A program made the translations under genes and the position numbers. Of a stretch of 64,000 bases of DNA, positions 28,601 to 41,977 are shown piece after piece. This stretch comes from the human T2T-CHM13v2.0 reference genome, Homo sapiens: assembly GCF_009914755.1 (NCBI RefSeq), contig NC_060946.1; one strand, written 5' to 3'. The notes beneath the pieces were generated by a model. The model did not search any database. It was given only the letters and a program-made list of their open reading frames with translations, and was not told where the DNA came from. The first letter of the stretch is position 1. The number at the start of each line of letters is the position of its first letter.

Positions 28601-31600
28601 CATGCCTCACAAGGGATTCCAGAACCATCCTGCTGTGGTGTGAGTGTTTGTCCCTCAAATAGGATTCAAGAACACTGCTACTGGGGTCGGAATGTTTGCC
28701 CTCACTTAGGATTCCAGAACACTGCTAGGAGGGTCTGAATAATTCTCCCTCACGTAGCATTCCAGAACACTCCTCTTGTGGTTTGAATGTTTGTCCCTCA
28801 CTTAGGATTCCAGAACACAGTTGTTGGGTTCTCAGTGTTTGCCCTTAATGTATGATTCCAGAACACTGCTAAGTAGGTCTAAATGTTTGTACCTCACATA
28901 GGAATCCAGAACACTGCTAGGAGGGTTTGAATGTTTCTCCCTCACCTAGGACTCCAGAACATTCCTGCAGTGTTCTGAATGTATTTTCCTCATATAAGAT
29001 TAAAGAACAATGCTATGAAGGTATGAATGTTTGTCCCACACGAAGGATTCCAGAACACCCAGCTGTGGTCAGAATGATTGTCCCTCACATAGGATTCCAG
29101 AACACTGCTGCTGGGTTCTGAGTGTCTCTCCCTCACATAGGATTCCAGAACACTCCTGCTGTGGTCTGAATGTATCTCCCTCACATAGGATTCCAGAACA
29201 CTGCTACTGGGTTCTGAGTGTTTGTCTCTCACATAGGATTCCAGAACAATGCTATGAGGGTGTGAATGAGTGAACCTCACATAGGATTCCAGAATTCTCC
29301 TGCTCTCTTCTGAATTTTTGACCCTCTGAAAGGATTCCAGAACACTGCTACAGGGTTCTGAGTGTTTGTTCCTCACATAGGATTCTGGAACACTACTAAG
29401 AGTTTCTGAATTATTCTCCCTCACATAGGATTCCAGAACACTCCTGCTGTGGTCTGAATGTTTGTCCCTCACTTAGGATTCCAGAACACTGCTGTTGTGT
29501 TCTGAGTGTATGTCCCTCACGTACGATTCCAGAACACTGCAACGTGGGTCTAAATGTTTGTCACTCACATAGGATTCCATGACACTGCTACGAGGATCTG
29601 ATTGTTTGTCCAGCACATAGGACTCCAGATCTCTCGTTCTCTGTTCTGAATGTATTTTCCTCACATAGATTCCAGAACAATGCTACGAGGGTCTGAATGT
29701 TTGTCTCACACATAGGATTCCAAAGCACCACAGCTGTGGTCTGTAAGATTGTTCCTCACATAGGACTCCAGAACACTGCTGCTGGGTTCTGAGTGTTTCT
29801 CCCTTGCATACACTTCCAGAACAATCCTGCTGCAGTCTGAATGTTTGTCCCTCACATAGTATTCCATAACACTCCTGCTGGGCTCAGAATGTTTTTCCCT
29901 CACTTAGGATTCCAGAGAACTGCTGTTTGGTTCTGAGAGTTTATCCCCCACATACGATTATAGAACACGGCTACGTGGGTCTCAATGTTTGTCCCTCACA
30001 TAGGATTCCAGAACACTGCTACTGGGGTCTGAATGATTCTCCCTCACATAGGATTTCAGAACAATGGTGATGGGTTCTGAGTGTTTCTCCCTCACATAGG
30101 ATTCCAGAACACTGCTACAAGGGTCCGAATGTTTGTCCCTCACAGGGGCTTCCAGAACACTGCTGCTAGGGTCTGAATGTTGGAACCTGACTTAGGACTC
30201 CAGAACACTCCTGCTGTGGTCTCAATGTTTATCCCACACACAGGATTCCAGAACACTGCTACGAGGTTCTCAATGGTTGTCCCTAACACAGAATTCCAGA
30301 ACACTGCTACGAGTGTCTGAATGATTGTCCCTCACATAGGAAACCAGAGCACTGCTGCCGGGGACTGAATGTTTGTCCTTCACATAGGAATCCAGAACAC
30401 TGCTGCTGGGTTCTCCATGTGTGTCCATCACATAGGATTCCAGAACACTGCTGCTGGGTTCTGAGTGTTTCTCCCTCACATATAACTCCATAACACTGCG
30501 ATGAGGGTCTGAACCTTTTTCCGTTACGTAGGATTCCAGAACACTCCCGCTGTTGTTTGAATGTTTATCCCTCGCCTAGAAATCCAGAACACTGCTGCTG
30601 CGGTCTGAATGTTTGTCCCTCACATAGGATTCCAGAACATGGTTATGATTGTCTGAATGTTTTTAACTCACATAGGATTCCAGAACACTGCTGATGGGGT
30701 CTCAATGTTTTTTCCACACATATGACCAAAGAACTCTGCTGCTACGTTCTGAATGTTTGTTGCTCACATAGCATTCCAGAACACTTCTGCTGTGGTCTGA
30801 ATTTTTGTCCCTCACAAAAGATTCCCGATCACTCCCGCTGGGGTCTCAATGTTTGTCCATCACATAGGAATCAATAACACTGATGCTGGGGTCTGAAAGT
30901 TTGTCTTTCACATAGGATTCCAGAACCCTGCTACAAGGGTCCGAATGTTTGTCCCCCACATAGGATTCCAGAACACTGCTTCGATTGTCTGAATATTTGT
31001 CCCTCAGATAGGACTCCAGAACACTGCTGCAGGGGTCTAAATGTTTTTCTGTCACATAGGATTCCAGAACACTGTTACGAGGGTCTGAATGCTTGTTCCT
31101 CACAGGGAATTCCAGAACATTCCTCTTGTGGTCTGAACGTTTGTTCCTCACATTAGATTCTAGAACACTGCTATGAGCATATGAATGTTTGTCCCTCACA
31201 CAGAATTCCAAAACACTGTTACGAGGGTCTGAATGATTGTCCCTCACATAGGATTCCAGAACACTGCTTCTGGGGTTTTAATGTTTGTCCCTCAAATAGG
31301 ATTCCAGAACACTGCTGTTGGGGTCTATATGAATGTCAGTCCCATAGAATTCAAGAACGCTTTTGCTGGGTTCTGAGTGTTTCTCCCTCACATAGAACTC
31401 CAGAACACTGCGACGAGGGTCTGACTATTTCTCCGTTACATAAGATTCCAGAACACTCCCGCTGTTGTTTGAATTTTGGTTCCTCACATAGGATTCCACA
31501 ACACTGAAGCTGGAGTCTTAATGTTTGTCCCTCACATAGGATTCCAGAACAGTGCTACGATTGTCTGAATGTTTGTCCCTCACATAGTGTTCCAGAACAC

Positions 31601-34600
31601 TGCTGCTGGGGTCTGAATGTTTGTGCCTCACATATGACCAAAGAACACTGCTGCTAGGGTCTCAATGATTGTTGCTCACATAGCATTCCAGAACATTCCT
31701 GCTGTGGTCTCTATTTTTATCCCTCACAAAAGATTCCAGAATACTCCTCTTGGTATCTCAATGTTTGTCCCCCATATAGGACTCAAGAACACTTATGTTG
31801 GGGTCTGAAAGTTTGTCCCTCACATAGGATTCCAGAACACTGCTATGAAGGTCTGAATGTTTGTCCCTCACATAATATTGCAGAACACTTCTACGATTGT
31901 CTGAATGTTCATCCCTCACTTAGGATTCCAGAACACTACTACGAGGGTCTGAATGTTTGTCCGTTACATAATATTCCACAACACTACTGCTGTGTTCTGA
32001 GTGTTTGTACCTCAGATAGGATTCCAGAAGAGTCACTCTGTGGCCTGAATGTTTGTCCCTCACATAGGGTTCCAGAACACTGCTGCTGGGTTCTGAATGT
32101 TTGTCCCTCACATAGTATTCAAGAACACTGCTACGAGGGTCTGAGTGTTTGTCATCTGCTTACAATTCCAGAACACACCCGCTGTTGTTTCAATGTTTGT
32201 CCCTAACATAGGATTCCAGAACACTGCTACTATTGTCTCACTATTTCTCCCGCACGCAGGATTCCAGAACACTGCTGTGAGGATCTGAATGTTTGTCCTC
32301 CACATAGGATTCCAGAACACTTCTGCTGTGTTCTGAATGTTTGTCCCTCAGATAGGATTGCTGAGCACTCCTGCTGTGGTCTGAATATTTGTCCCACACA
32401 TAGGATTGCAGAACACTCGTGCTGTGTTATGAATATTTTTCCCTCAGATAGGATTCCAGAACACTGCTACGAGCATCTGAATTATTCTCCCTCACATAGG
32501 ATTCGAGAAAACTCCTGCTGTGGTCTAAATGTTTGTACTTCACTTCGGATTCCAGAACACGGCTGTTCAGTTCTGGGTGTTTGTCCCTCACATACGATTC
32601 CAGGACACTGCTACTTGTGTCTGTATTATTCTCCCTCACATAGGATTCCATAACACTCCTGCTGTGGACTGAATGTTTGTCCCTCACTTAGGACTCCAGA
32701 ACACTTCTGTGGGTTCTGAGTGTTTGTCCCTGACATAAAATTCCACAGCACTGCTACGTGGATCTAAATGTTTGACCCTCACATAGGATTCCAGAACACT
32801 GCTACGAGGATCTGAATATTTTTTCCCACACGTAGGATTCCAGAACACTCCTGCTGTTGTCTGAATGTTGGTCCATCACGTAGGATTCCAGAACACTGCT
32901 AGGAGTGTTTAAATTATTCTCCCTCTCATAGGATTCCAGAACACACCGGCAGGAGTCTGAATGTTTGTTCCTCACTTAGGATTCCAGAACACTCCTGCTG
33001 TTGTATGAACGTTTGTCCCTCACTTAGGATTACAGAACTCTGCTGTTGGATTCTGAGAGTTTCTCCCTCGCGTACGATTGCAGAACACTGCTGCGTGGGT
33101 CCAAATGCTTGTCCCTCACATAGGATTCCAGAACACTGCTATGAGGGTCTGAATGTTTCCCAGGCACATAGGACTCCAGAACACTGCTACGAGGGTCTGA
33201 ATGTTTGCACCACACGTAGGACTTCAGAACACTCCTGCTGTTTTCTGAATGTATTTTCCTAGCATAAAATTCTAGAACAATGCTACGAGGGTCTGAATGC
33301 TTGACCCACACGTAGGATTGCAGACCACCCCAGGGGTGGTCTGAGTGACTGTCCCTCACATAGGATTCCAGAACCTTGCTGCTGGGTTCTGAGTGCTTGT
33401 CCCTCACATAGGATTCCAGAACACTGCTACTGGGTTCTGAATGTTTGTCCCTCACATAGGAGTCCAGAACACTGATCCGAGGGTCTGAATTATTCTTCCT
33501 TACATAGGATTCTGGAACACTCGTGCTGTGGTATGAATGTTTGTCCCTCACTTAGGATTCCAGATCACTGCTGCTGAGTTCTGAGTGTTTCTCCCTCCCA
33601 TAGGATTCCAGAACATTCCTGTTGTTGTCTGAATGTTTGTCCCTCAGTTAGGATGACAGAACACTGCTATTGGTTTCTGAGTGTCTGTCCCTCACGTATG
33701 AGGCCAGAACACTGCTACGTGAGTCTAAATGTTTGTTTCTCACGTAGGATTCCAGAACACTGCTGCTGTGGTCTGAGTGTTTGTTCCTCACATAGGATTC
33801 CAGGACACTCCAGTTGTGGTCTGAAAGTTTTTTCCTCCTATTGGGTTCCAGAACATGACTATTGTGGTCTGAATGTTTGACCATCACAAAGGATTCCAGA
33901 ACCCTCCTTCTGTGGTCTGGGTGTTTGTGCCTCATATGGGATTCCAGAATAATCCTGCTGTCGTCTGAATGTTTCTCCCTCACATAGGATTCCAAAACAT
34001 TCTTGTTGTGGTCTGAGTGTTTATCCCTCACGTGGGATTCCAGAACACTGCTACTGCGGTCTGAATGTTTGTCCCTAACATAGGATTCCAGAACACTTCT
34101 ACGAGGGTCTGAATTATTCTCCTTCTCATAGGATTTCAGAACACTCCTGTTGTGGTCTGAATGTTTGTTCCTCACTTAGGATTCCAGAACACTGCTGTTG
34201 GATTCTGAGTGTTTCTCCCTCAAGTACGATTCCAGAATACTGCTACATGTGTCTAAATGTTTGTCCCTCACAAACTATTCCAGAACACTGTTGCGAGGGT
34301 CTCAATGTTTGTTCTGCCCGTAGGACTCCATAACACTCCTGCTGTGTTCTTAATGTATTTTCCTCACATAGGATTGCAGAACAATGCTACAAGGGTCTGA
34401 ATGTTTGTCCCACACGTAGGATTCCAGAACGTCAGAGCTGTGGTCTGCAGGACTGTCCCTCAAATAGGATTCCAGAACACTGCTGCTGGGTTCTGTGTGT
34501 TGATCCCTCACATAGGATTCCAGAACAATCCTGTTGTGGTCTGGGTGTTTGTGCCTCACATGGGTTTCCAGAACAATCCTGCTGTGGTCTGAATGTTACT

Positions 34601-37600
34601 CACTCTTATAGGATTCCAAAGCATTCCTGCTGTGGTCTGTGTGTTTGTCCCTCAAATAGGAATACAGAACACTGCTACTGGGGTCTGAATGTTTGTCCCT
34701 CACGTAGGATTCCAGCACACTGTTACGAGGGTCTGAATTACTGCCCCTCACATAGGATTCCAGAACACACCTGCTTTCTTCTGAAAGTTTGTCCTTCACT
34801 TAGGATTCCAGGACACTGCTGTTGGTTTCTAAGTGATTGTCACTCACTTATGATTCCAGAACACTGCTACTGCAGTCTGAATATTTGTCCCGCACATAGT
34901 ATTCGAGGACACTGCTACTAGAGGGTCTAAATGTTTGTCCCTCTCATAGGATTCCAGAACACTTCTAAGAGGGTCTAAATGTTTGTCCCTCTCATAGGAT
35001 TCCAGAACACTTCTAAGAGGGTCTAAATGTTTGTCCCTCTCATAGGATTCCAGAACACTTCTAAGAGGGTCTAAATGTTTGTCCCTCTCATAGGATTCCA
35101 GAACACTTCTAAGAGGGTCTAAATGTTTGTCCCTCTCATAGGATTCCAGAACACTTCTAAGAGGGTCTGAATGTTTGTCCCCCCAATAGGACTCCAGAAC
35201 ACTCCTGCTGTGTTCAGAATGTATTTTCCTCACGTAGGATTCCAGTACAATGCTACGAGGGTCTGAATGTTTGTCCCACACGTAGGATTCCAGAACACCC
35301 CAGCTGTGTTCTGAATGACTGTCCCTCACATAGGATTCCAGAACATTGCTGCTGCGTTCTGAGTGTTTCCCCGTCAAGTAGGATTCCAGAACACTCTTGC
35401 TGTGTTGTGAATATTTGTCCCTCACTTAGGATTCCAGATCACTGCTGTTGGGTTCTGAGTGTTTGTCCTTCACGTACGATTCCAGAACATAACTACGTGG
35501 GTCTAAATGTTTGTCCCTCACATAGGCTATCTGAACACTGCTATGAGGGTCTGAATGTTAGTCCCGCACATAGGACTCCAGAACACTCCTGCTGTGTTCT
35601 GAATGTATTTTCCTCACATAGGATTCCACAACAATGCTACGAGGGTCTGAATGTTTGTCCCACACTTAGTATTCCAGAACACCCCAGCAGTGGTCTGATT
35701 GACTGTCTCTCACAAAGGATTACAGAACACTGCTGCTGGTTTCTGAGTGTTTCTCCCACATATAGGATTCCGGAACACTGCTACGGGGATCTGAAATTTT
35801 GCCCCTCACATAGGATTCCAGAACACTGCTACAGGGATCTGAATGTTTGTCTCTCACATAGGATTCCAGAACCCTGCAACGAGGGTCTGAATTACTCTCA
35901 CTCTCAAAGGATTCCAGAACACTGTTTTTGGGTTCTCAGTGTATCTCCTCACAGAGAATTCCAGAACACTGCTACAAGGGTCTGAATGATTGTACCTCAC
36001 ATAGGATTCCAGAACACTCCTGCTCTGCTCTGAATGTTTGTCCCTCAGATGGGATTCCAGAACACTGCTGCTGGGTTCTGAGTGTCTGTCCCTCACATAG
36101 GATTCCAGAACACTGCTGCTGCGGTCTGAATGTTTGTTTCTCACATAGCACTCCAGAACACTCCTGCTGTGGTCTGAATTTTTCTCCCTCATATAGGATT
36201 CCAGAACACAACTGCTCAGGTGTGAATGGTTGACCCTCACATAGGATTCCAGAGTACTGCTGTTGTGGTCTGGGTGTTTGTGCCTCACATGGATTTCCAG
36301 AACAATCCTTCTGTGGTCTGAATGTTTCTCCCCCACATAGGATACCAAAGCATTCCTGCTCTGGTCTCAGTGTTTGTCCCTCAAATAGGATTCCATAAAA
36401 TTTCCACTGGGGTCTGAATGTTTGTCCCTCACTTAGGGTTCCAGAACAATACTAAGAGGGTCTGAATTATTCTCCCTCACATATGATTGCAGAACACTCC
36501 TGCTGTGGTCGGAATGTTTGTCCCTCAGTTACGATTCCAGAATACTGTTGTTGAGTTCTGAGTTTTTGTCCGTCACATACGATTCCAGAACACTGCTATG
36601 TGGGTCTAAATGTTGGTCACTCACATAGGGTTGCAGAACACTGCTACGAGGGTATGAATGTTTCTCCCGCTCATAGGACTCCAGAACAATCCTGATGTGT
36701 TCTGAATGTATTTTCTTCACATAGGATTCCAAAACAGTGCTATGAGGGTCTGAATGTTTGTCTCACACGTAGGATTCCAGAACACCCGAGCTGTGGTCTG
36801 AATGATTATCCTTCCCATAGGATTCCAGAACACTGCTGCTGGGTTCTGAGTGTTTCTCCCTCACATAGTATTCCATAACACTGCTACTGGGGTCTCAATG
36901 TTTATCTCTCACATAGGATTTCAGAACACTGCTACAAGTGTCTGAATGTATGTCAAGCTCTTATGACTCCAGAATACTCCTGCAGTGTCCTGAATATTTT
37001 TTCCATACGTAGGATTCCAGAAGAATACTACGAGGCTATGAATGTTTGTCCCACAAGTAGGATTGCAGAACACCCCAGCTGTGATCTGAATGATTGTCCC
37101 TCACATAGGATTCCAGAACACAGCTGCTGGGTTCTGAGGTTTTCTCCCTCACATAGGATTCCAGAACACTCCGGCTCTGGTCTGAATGTTTGTCCCCAGA
37201 TAAGATTCCAGAACACTGCTGCTGGGTTCTGAGGGTTTGTCTCTCACATGGGACTGCAGAACCCTTCTGCTGTGGTCTGAATGTTTGTTCCTCACATAGG
37301 ATTCCAGAACATTCCTGCTGTTTTCTGAATATTTGTCCCTCACTTAGGACTCCAGAACACTGCTGTTGAGTTCTGAGTGTTTGTCCCTCATGTATGATTC
37401 CAGAACACTGCTGTGTGGGTCTAAATGTTTGTCCCTCACATACGATTTCAGAACACTGCTACGAGGGTCTGAATGTTTCTCCCACACAGAGGACTCCAAA
37501 ACACTACTGTAGTGTTCTGAATGTATTTTCCTCACATAGGATTCAAGGACAATGCTAACAGGGTCTGAATGTTTGTTCCACACGTAGGACTCCAGAACAC

Positions 37601-40600
37601 CCCTGCTGTGGTCTCAATGATTGTCCCTCACATAGGTTTCTGGAACACTGCTGCTGGTTCTGAGTGTTTCTCCCTCACGTGGGATTCCAGAACACTGCTA
37701 CAAGGGTTTGAATTATTCTCCTTCACATAGGATTCCAGAACAATACTGCTGATGTCTGAACGTTTGTCCCTCACTTAGGATTCCAGAACACTGCTGTTGG
37801 CTTCTGAGTGTCCCTCACTTACGATTCCAGAACACTGCTACATGGGTCTAAAAGTTTGTCCCTTACATAGTATTCCAGAACACTGCTACAAGGGCATGAA
37901 TGTTTGTCCCGCACATTGGACTCCAGAGCACCCCTGCTGTGTTCTGAATGTATTTTCCTCACACAGGATTGCAGAACAATGCTACGAGGGTCCAAATATT
38001 TGTCCCACACATAGGATTCCAGAACACCTTAGCTGTGGTCTGAATGATTGTCCCTCACATAGGATTCCAGAACACTGCTTCTGGGTTCTGAGTGTTTCTC
38101 CCTCAAATAGGATTCCAGAACACTGCTACGAATGTCTGAATGATTGTACCTCACATAGGATTCCAGAACACTCCTGCTGTGTTCTGAATGTTTGTCTCTC
38201 AGATAGGATTCCAGAACACTACTGCTTGGTTCTGAGTGTTTGTCACTCACATAAGATTCCAGAACACTGCTCCTGTCTTCTGAATGTCTGTTCATCACAC
38301 AGGATTTCAGAACACTCCTGCTGTGGTCTCAATGGTTGAACCTCATATAGGATTCCAGTACAATCCTGCTTTGGTCTGGGTGTTTGTACCTCACATGGGA
38401 TTCTAGAACAAACCTGCTGTTGTCTGAATGTTTCTCCCTCACATAGGTTTCCAAAACATTCCTGCTGTGGTCTGAGTGTTTCTCCCTAAAATAGGATTCC
38501 GGAACACTGCTACTGGGGTGTGAATGATTGTCCCTCACATAGGATTCCAGAACACTGCTAAGAGCGTCTGAATTATTCTCCCGAACTTAAGATTCTAGAA
38601 CACTCCTGCTGTGGTCTGAATGTTTGTCCCTATCTTATTATTCCAGAACACTGTTTTTGGGTTCTGAGTGTTTGTCCCACACACACGATTCCAGAACACT
38701 GCTACGTGGCTCTAAATGTTTGTCCGTCACATAGAATTCAAGAACACTACTACGAGGGTCTGAATGTACCGCACATAGGACTCCAGAACAATCCTGCTGT
38801 TTTCTGAACGTATTTTCCTCACATAGGATTCCACAACAATGCTACGAGGGTCTGAATGTTTGTCCCACATGTAGGATTCCAGAACACCCCTGCTGAGGTC
38901 TCAATGATTGTCCCTCACATACAGTGCCAGAACACTGCTACTGGGTTCTGAGTGTTTCTCCCTCACACAGGATTCCAGAACACTACTACGAGAGTCTGAA
39001 TGATTGTACCTCACACAGGATTCCAGAACCCTCCTGCTGTGGTCTGAATGTTTGCCCCTCTGATAGGATTCCAGACACTGCTGCTAGATTCTGAGTGTTT
39101 GTCCCTCACATAGTATTCCAGAACATTGCTGCTGTTGTCTGAATGTTCGTTAATCACATAGGATTCCAGAACACTCCTGCTGTGATCTGAATGTTTGTGC
39201 TTCATATAGAATTCCAGAACACTGCTGCGGGGTGCTGAGTGTTTGTCCCTCACATAGGATTCCAGAACACTGCTACTGGGGTCTGGATGTTTGTCCCTCA
39301 CATAGGATTCCAGAATACTGCTATGAGGGTCTTAATTATTGTCCCTCAGGTAGGATTCCAGAACATTCCTGCTGTGGTCAGAATGTTTGTCCCTTACTTA
39401 GGATTCCAGAACACTGCTGTTGGGTCCTGAGAGTTTGTCCCTCATGTAGGATTCCAGAACAATGCTACTGGGGTCTGAATGTTTGTCCCGCACATAGGAT
39501 TCCAGAACACTGCTGCAAGGGTCTGAATTATTCTCCCTAACATAGGATTCCAGAACGCTGTTCGAGAATCTGAATGATTGTACCTCACAGAGGATTCCAG
39601 AACTCTCCAGCTCTGTTTTGAATGTTGGTTCCTCAGATAGGATTCCAGAACACTGCTGCTGTGTTCTTAGTTGTTGTCCCTCACATAGGATTCTAGAACA
39701 CTGCTGCTGTGGTCTGAATGTTTGTTCCTCAGGTAAGATTGCAGAACACTCCCACTCTGTTCTGAATGTGTGTACCTCATATAGGATTCCCAAACACTAC
39801 TGTTGTTTTCTGAATGGTTGACCCTCACGTAGCATTCCAGAACACCCCTGCTGTGGTCTAGGTGTTTGCGCCTCACATGGGATTCCAGAACAATCCTGCT
39901 GTGGTCTGAATATTTCTCCCTCACATATGATTCCAAAACATTCCTTCTCTAGTGTGAATGTTTGTCCCTCAAAAAGTATTCCAGAACACTGCAACTCGGG
40001 TGTGAATATTTGTTCCTCACATAGGATTCCAGTACACTGCTATGAGGGTCTTAATTATTCTCCCTCACATAGGATTCCAGAACACTCCTACTGTGGTCTC
40101 AATGTTTGTCCTTCACTTAGGATTCCAGAACACTGCTGTTGAGTTCTGTCTGTTTGTCCCTCACGTATGACTCCAGAACACTGAGACGTGGGTCTAAATT
40201 TTTATCCCTCACATAGGATTTCAGAACACTGCTACAAGGGTCTGAATGTTTGTCCTGCACGTAGGACTCCAGAACACTCCTGCTGTGTTCTGAATGTATT
40301 TTCCTCACATAGGATTCCAGTACAATGCTACAAGGGTCTGAAAGTTTGTCCCACACGTAGGATTCCAGAACACCCCAGCTGTGATCTGAATAATTGTCCC
40401 TCACATAAGACTCCGTAACACTGCTGCTGGGTTCTGAGCATCTCCCCCTCACATAGGGTTCCAGAACACTCGCTGTGATCTGAATGTTTATCTCCCACTT
40501 AGGATTCCAGATCACTGCTGTTGCGTTCTGAGTGTTTCTCCCTCACGTATGATTCCAGAACACTTCTACGTGGGACTAAATGTTTTTCCTTCACGTAGGA

Positions 40601-41977
40601 TTCCAGAAGACTGCTACGAGGGTCTGAATGTTTGTCACGCACATAGGACTCCAGAACACTCCTGCTGTGCTTTGAATGTATTTTCCTTACATAGGATTCC
40701 AGAACAATGCTACTAGGGTCTGAATGTTTGTCCCATACTTAATATTCCAGAACACCCTGCTGTGGTCTGAATGATTGTCCCTCACATAGGATTCCGGAAC
40801 TCTGCTGCTGGGTTCTGAGTGTTTCTACCTCGCATAGGATTCCACAACACTGCTACTGGGGTCTGAATGCTTGTCTCTCACATAGGATTCCAGAACACTG
40901 CTACGAGGGTCTGAATTACTCTCCCTCACATAAGATTCCAGAACACTGCTGCTAGTTTCTGAGTGTTTCTCCCTCACTTAAAATTCCAGAACACTGCTAC
41001 GATGGTCTGAATGATTGTACCTCACATAGGATTCCAGAAAACTCCTGCCCTGCTGTGAATGTTTTTCCCTCAGATAGGATTCCAGAAGACTGCTGTGGGC
41101 TTCTGAGTGTTTGTCCCTCACATAGGGTTCCAGAACACTGCTGCTGTGGTCTGAATGTTTGTTCCTCACATAGGATTCCAGATCACTCTTGCTGTGGTCT
41201 TAAGGTTTGTCCCTCATACAGGAATCCAGAACACTACTGCTGTGGTCGGAATGGTTGTCCCTAATATAGGATTCCCGAACACTCCTGCTGTGGTCTAGGT
41301 GTTTGCACCTCACATGGGATTCCAGAACAATCCTGCTGTGGTCTGAATGTTTCTTACATAGCATTAAAACCTTCCTGCTGTTTTCTGAGTGTTTCTCCTT
41401 CAAATAGGATTCCAGAACACTGGTACTGGTGTCTGAATGTTTGTCCCTCACATAGGATTCCAGAACTCTGCTATGAGGTTCTGAATTTTTCTCCCTCACC
41501 TAGGATTCCAGAACACAGTTGTTGGGTTTTGAGTATTTGTCCCTCACGTACAATTCCATAACACTGCAGCATGTGTCTAAATGCTTGTCCCTAACATAGG
41601 ATTCCAGAACACTGCTAACATGGTCTGAATGTTTGTCCCACACATAGGACTCCATATCACTCCTGCTGTGTTCTGAATGCATTGTCCTCACATAGGATTC
41701 CAGAACAATGCTACGAGGGTCTGAATGCTTGTCTTGCATGTAGAATTGCAGGAAACCCCAGCTGTGGTCTGAATGATTATCCATCACATAGGATTCCAGA
41801 ACATTGCTGCTGGGTTCTGAGTGTTTCTCCCTCAGATAGGATTCCACAATCCTCCTGCTGTGGTCTGAATGTTTGTCCCTCACTGAGGATTCCAGAACAC
41901 TGCTGTTGGGTTCTAAGAGTTTGTCCCTCTTCTATGAATCCAGAAAAATGTTACGTGGGTCTACATGTTTGTCCTTC
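13667..41977 (+). repeat. 48-bp CER (D22Z3-type) satellite array, orientation A (~28.3 kb, ~590 monomers)
   Basis: Continuous tandem monomers of consensus CATAGGATTCCAGAACACTGCTACGAGGGTCTGAATGTTTGTCCCTCA with divergent variants. No interspersed element is seen inside. Confidence 0.95.
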
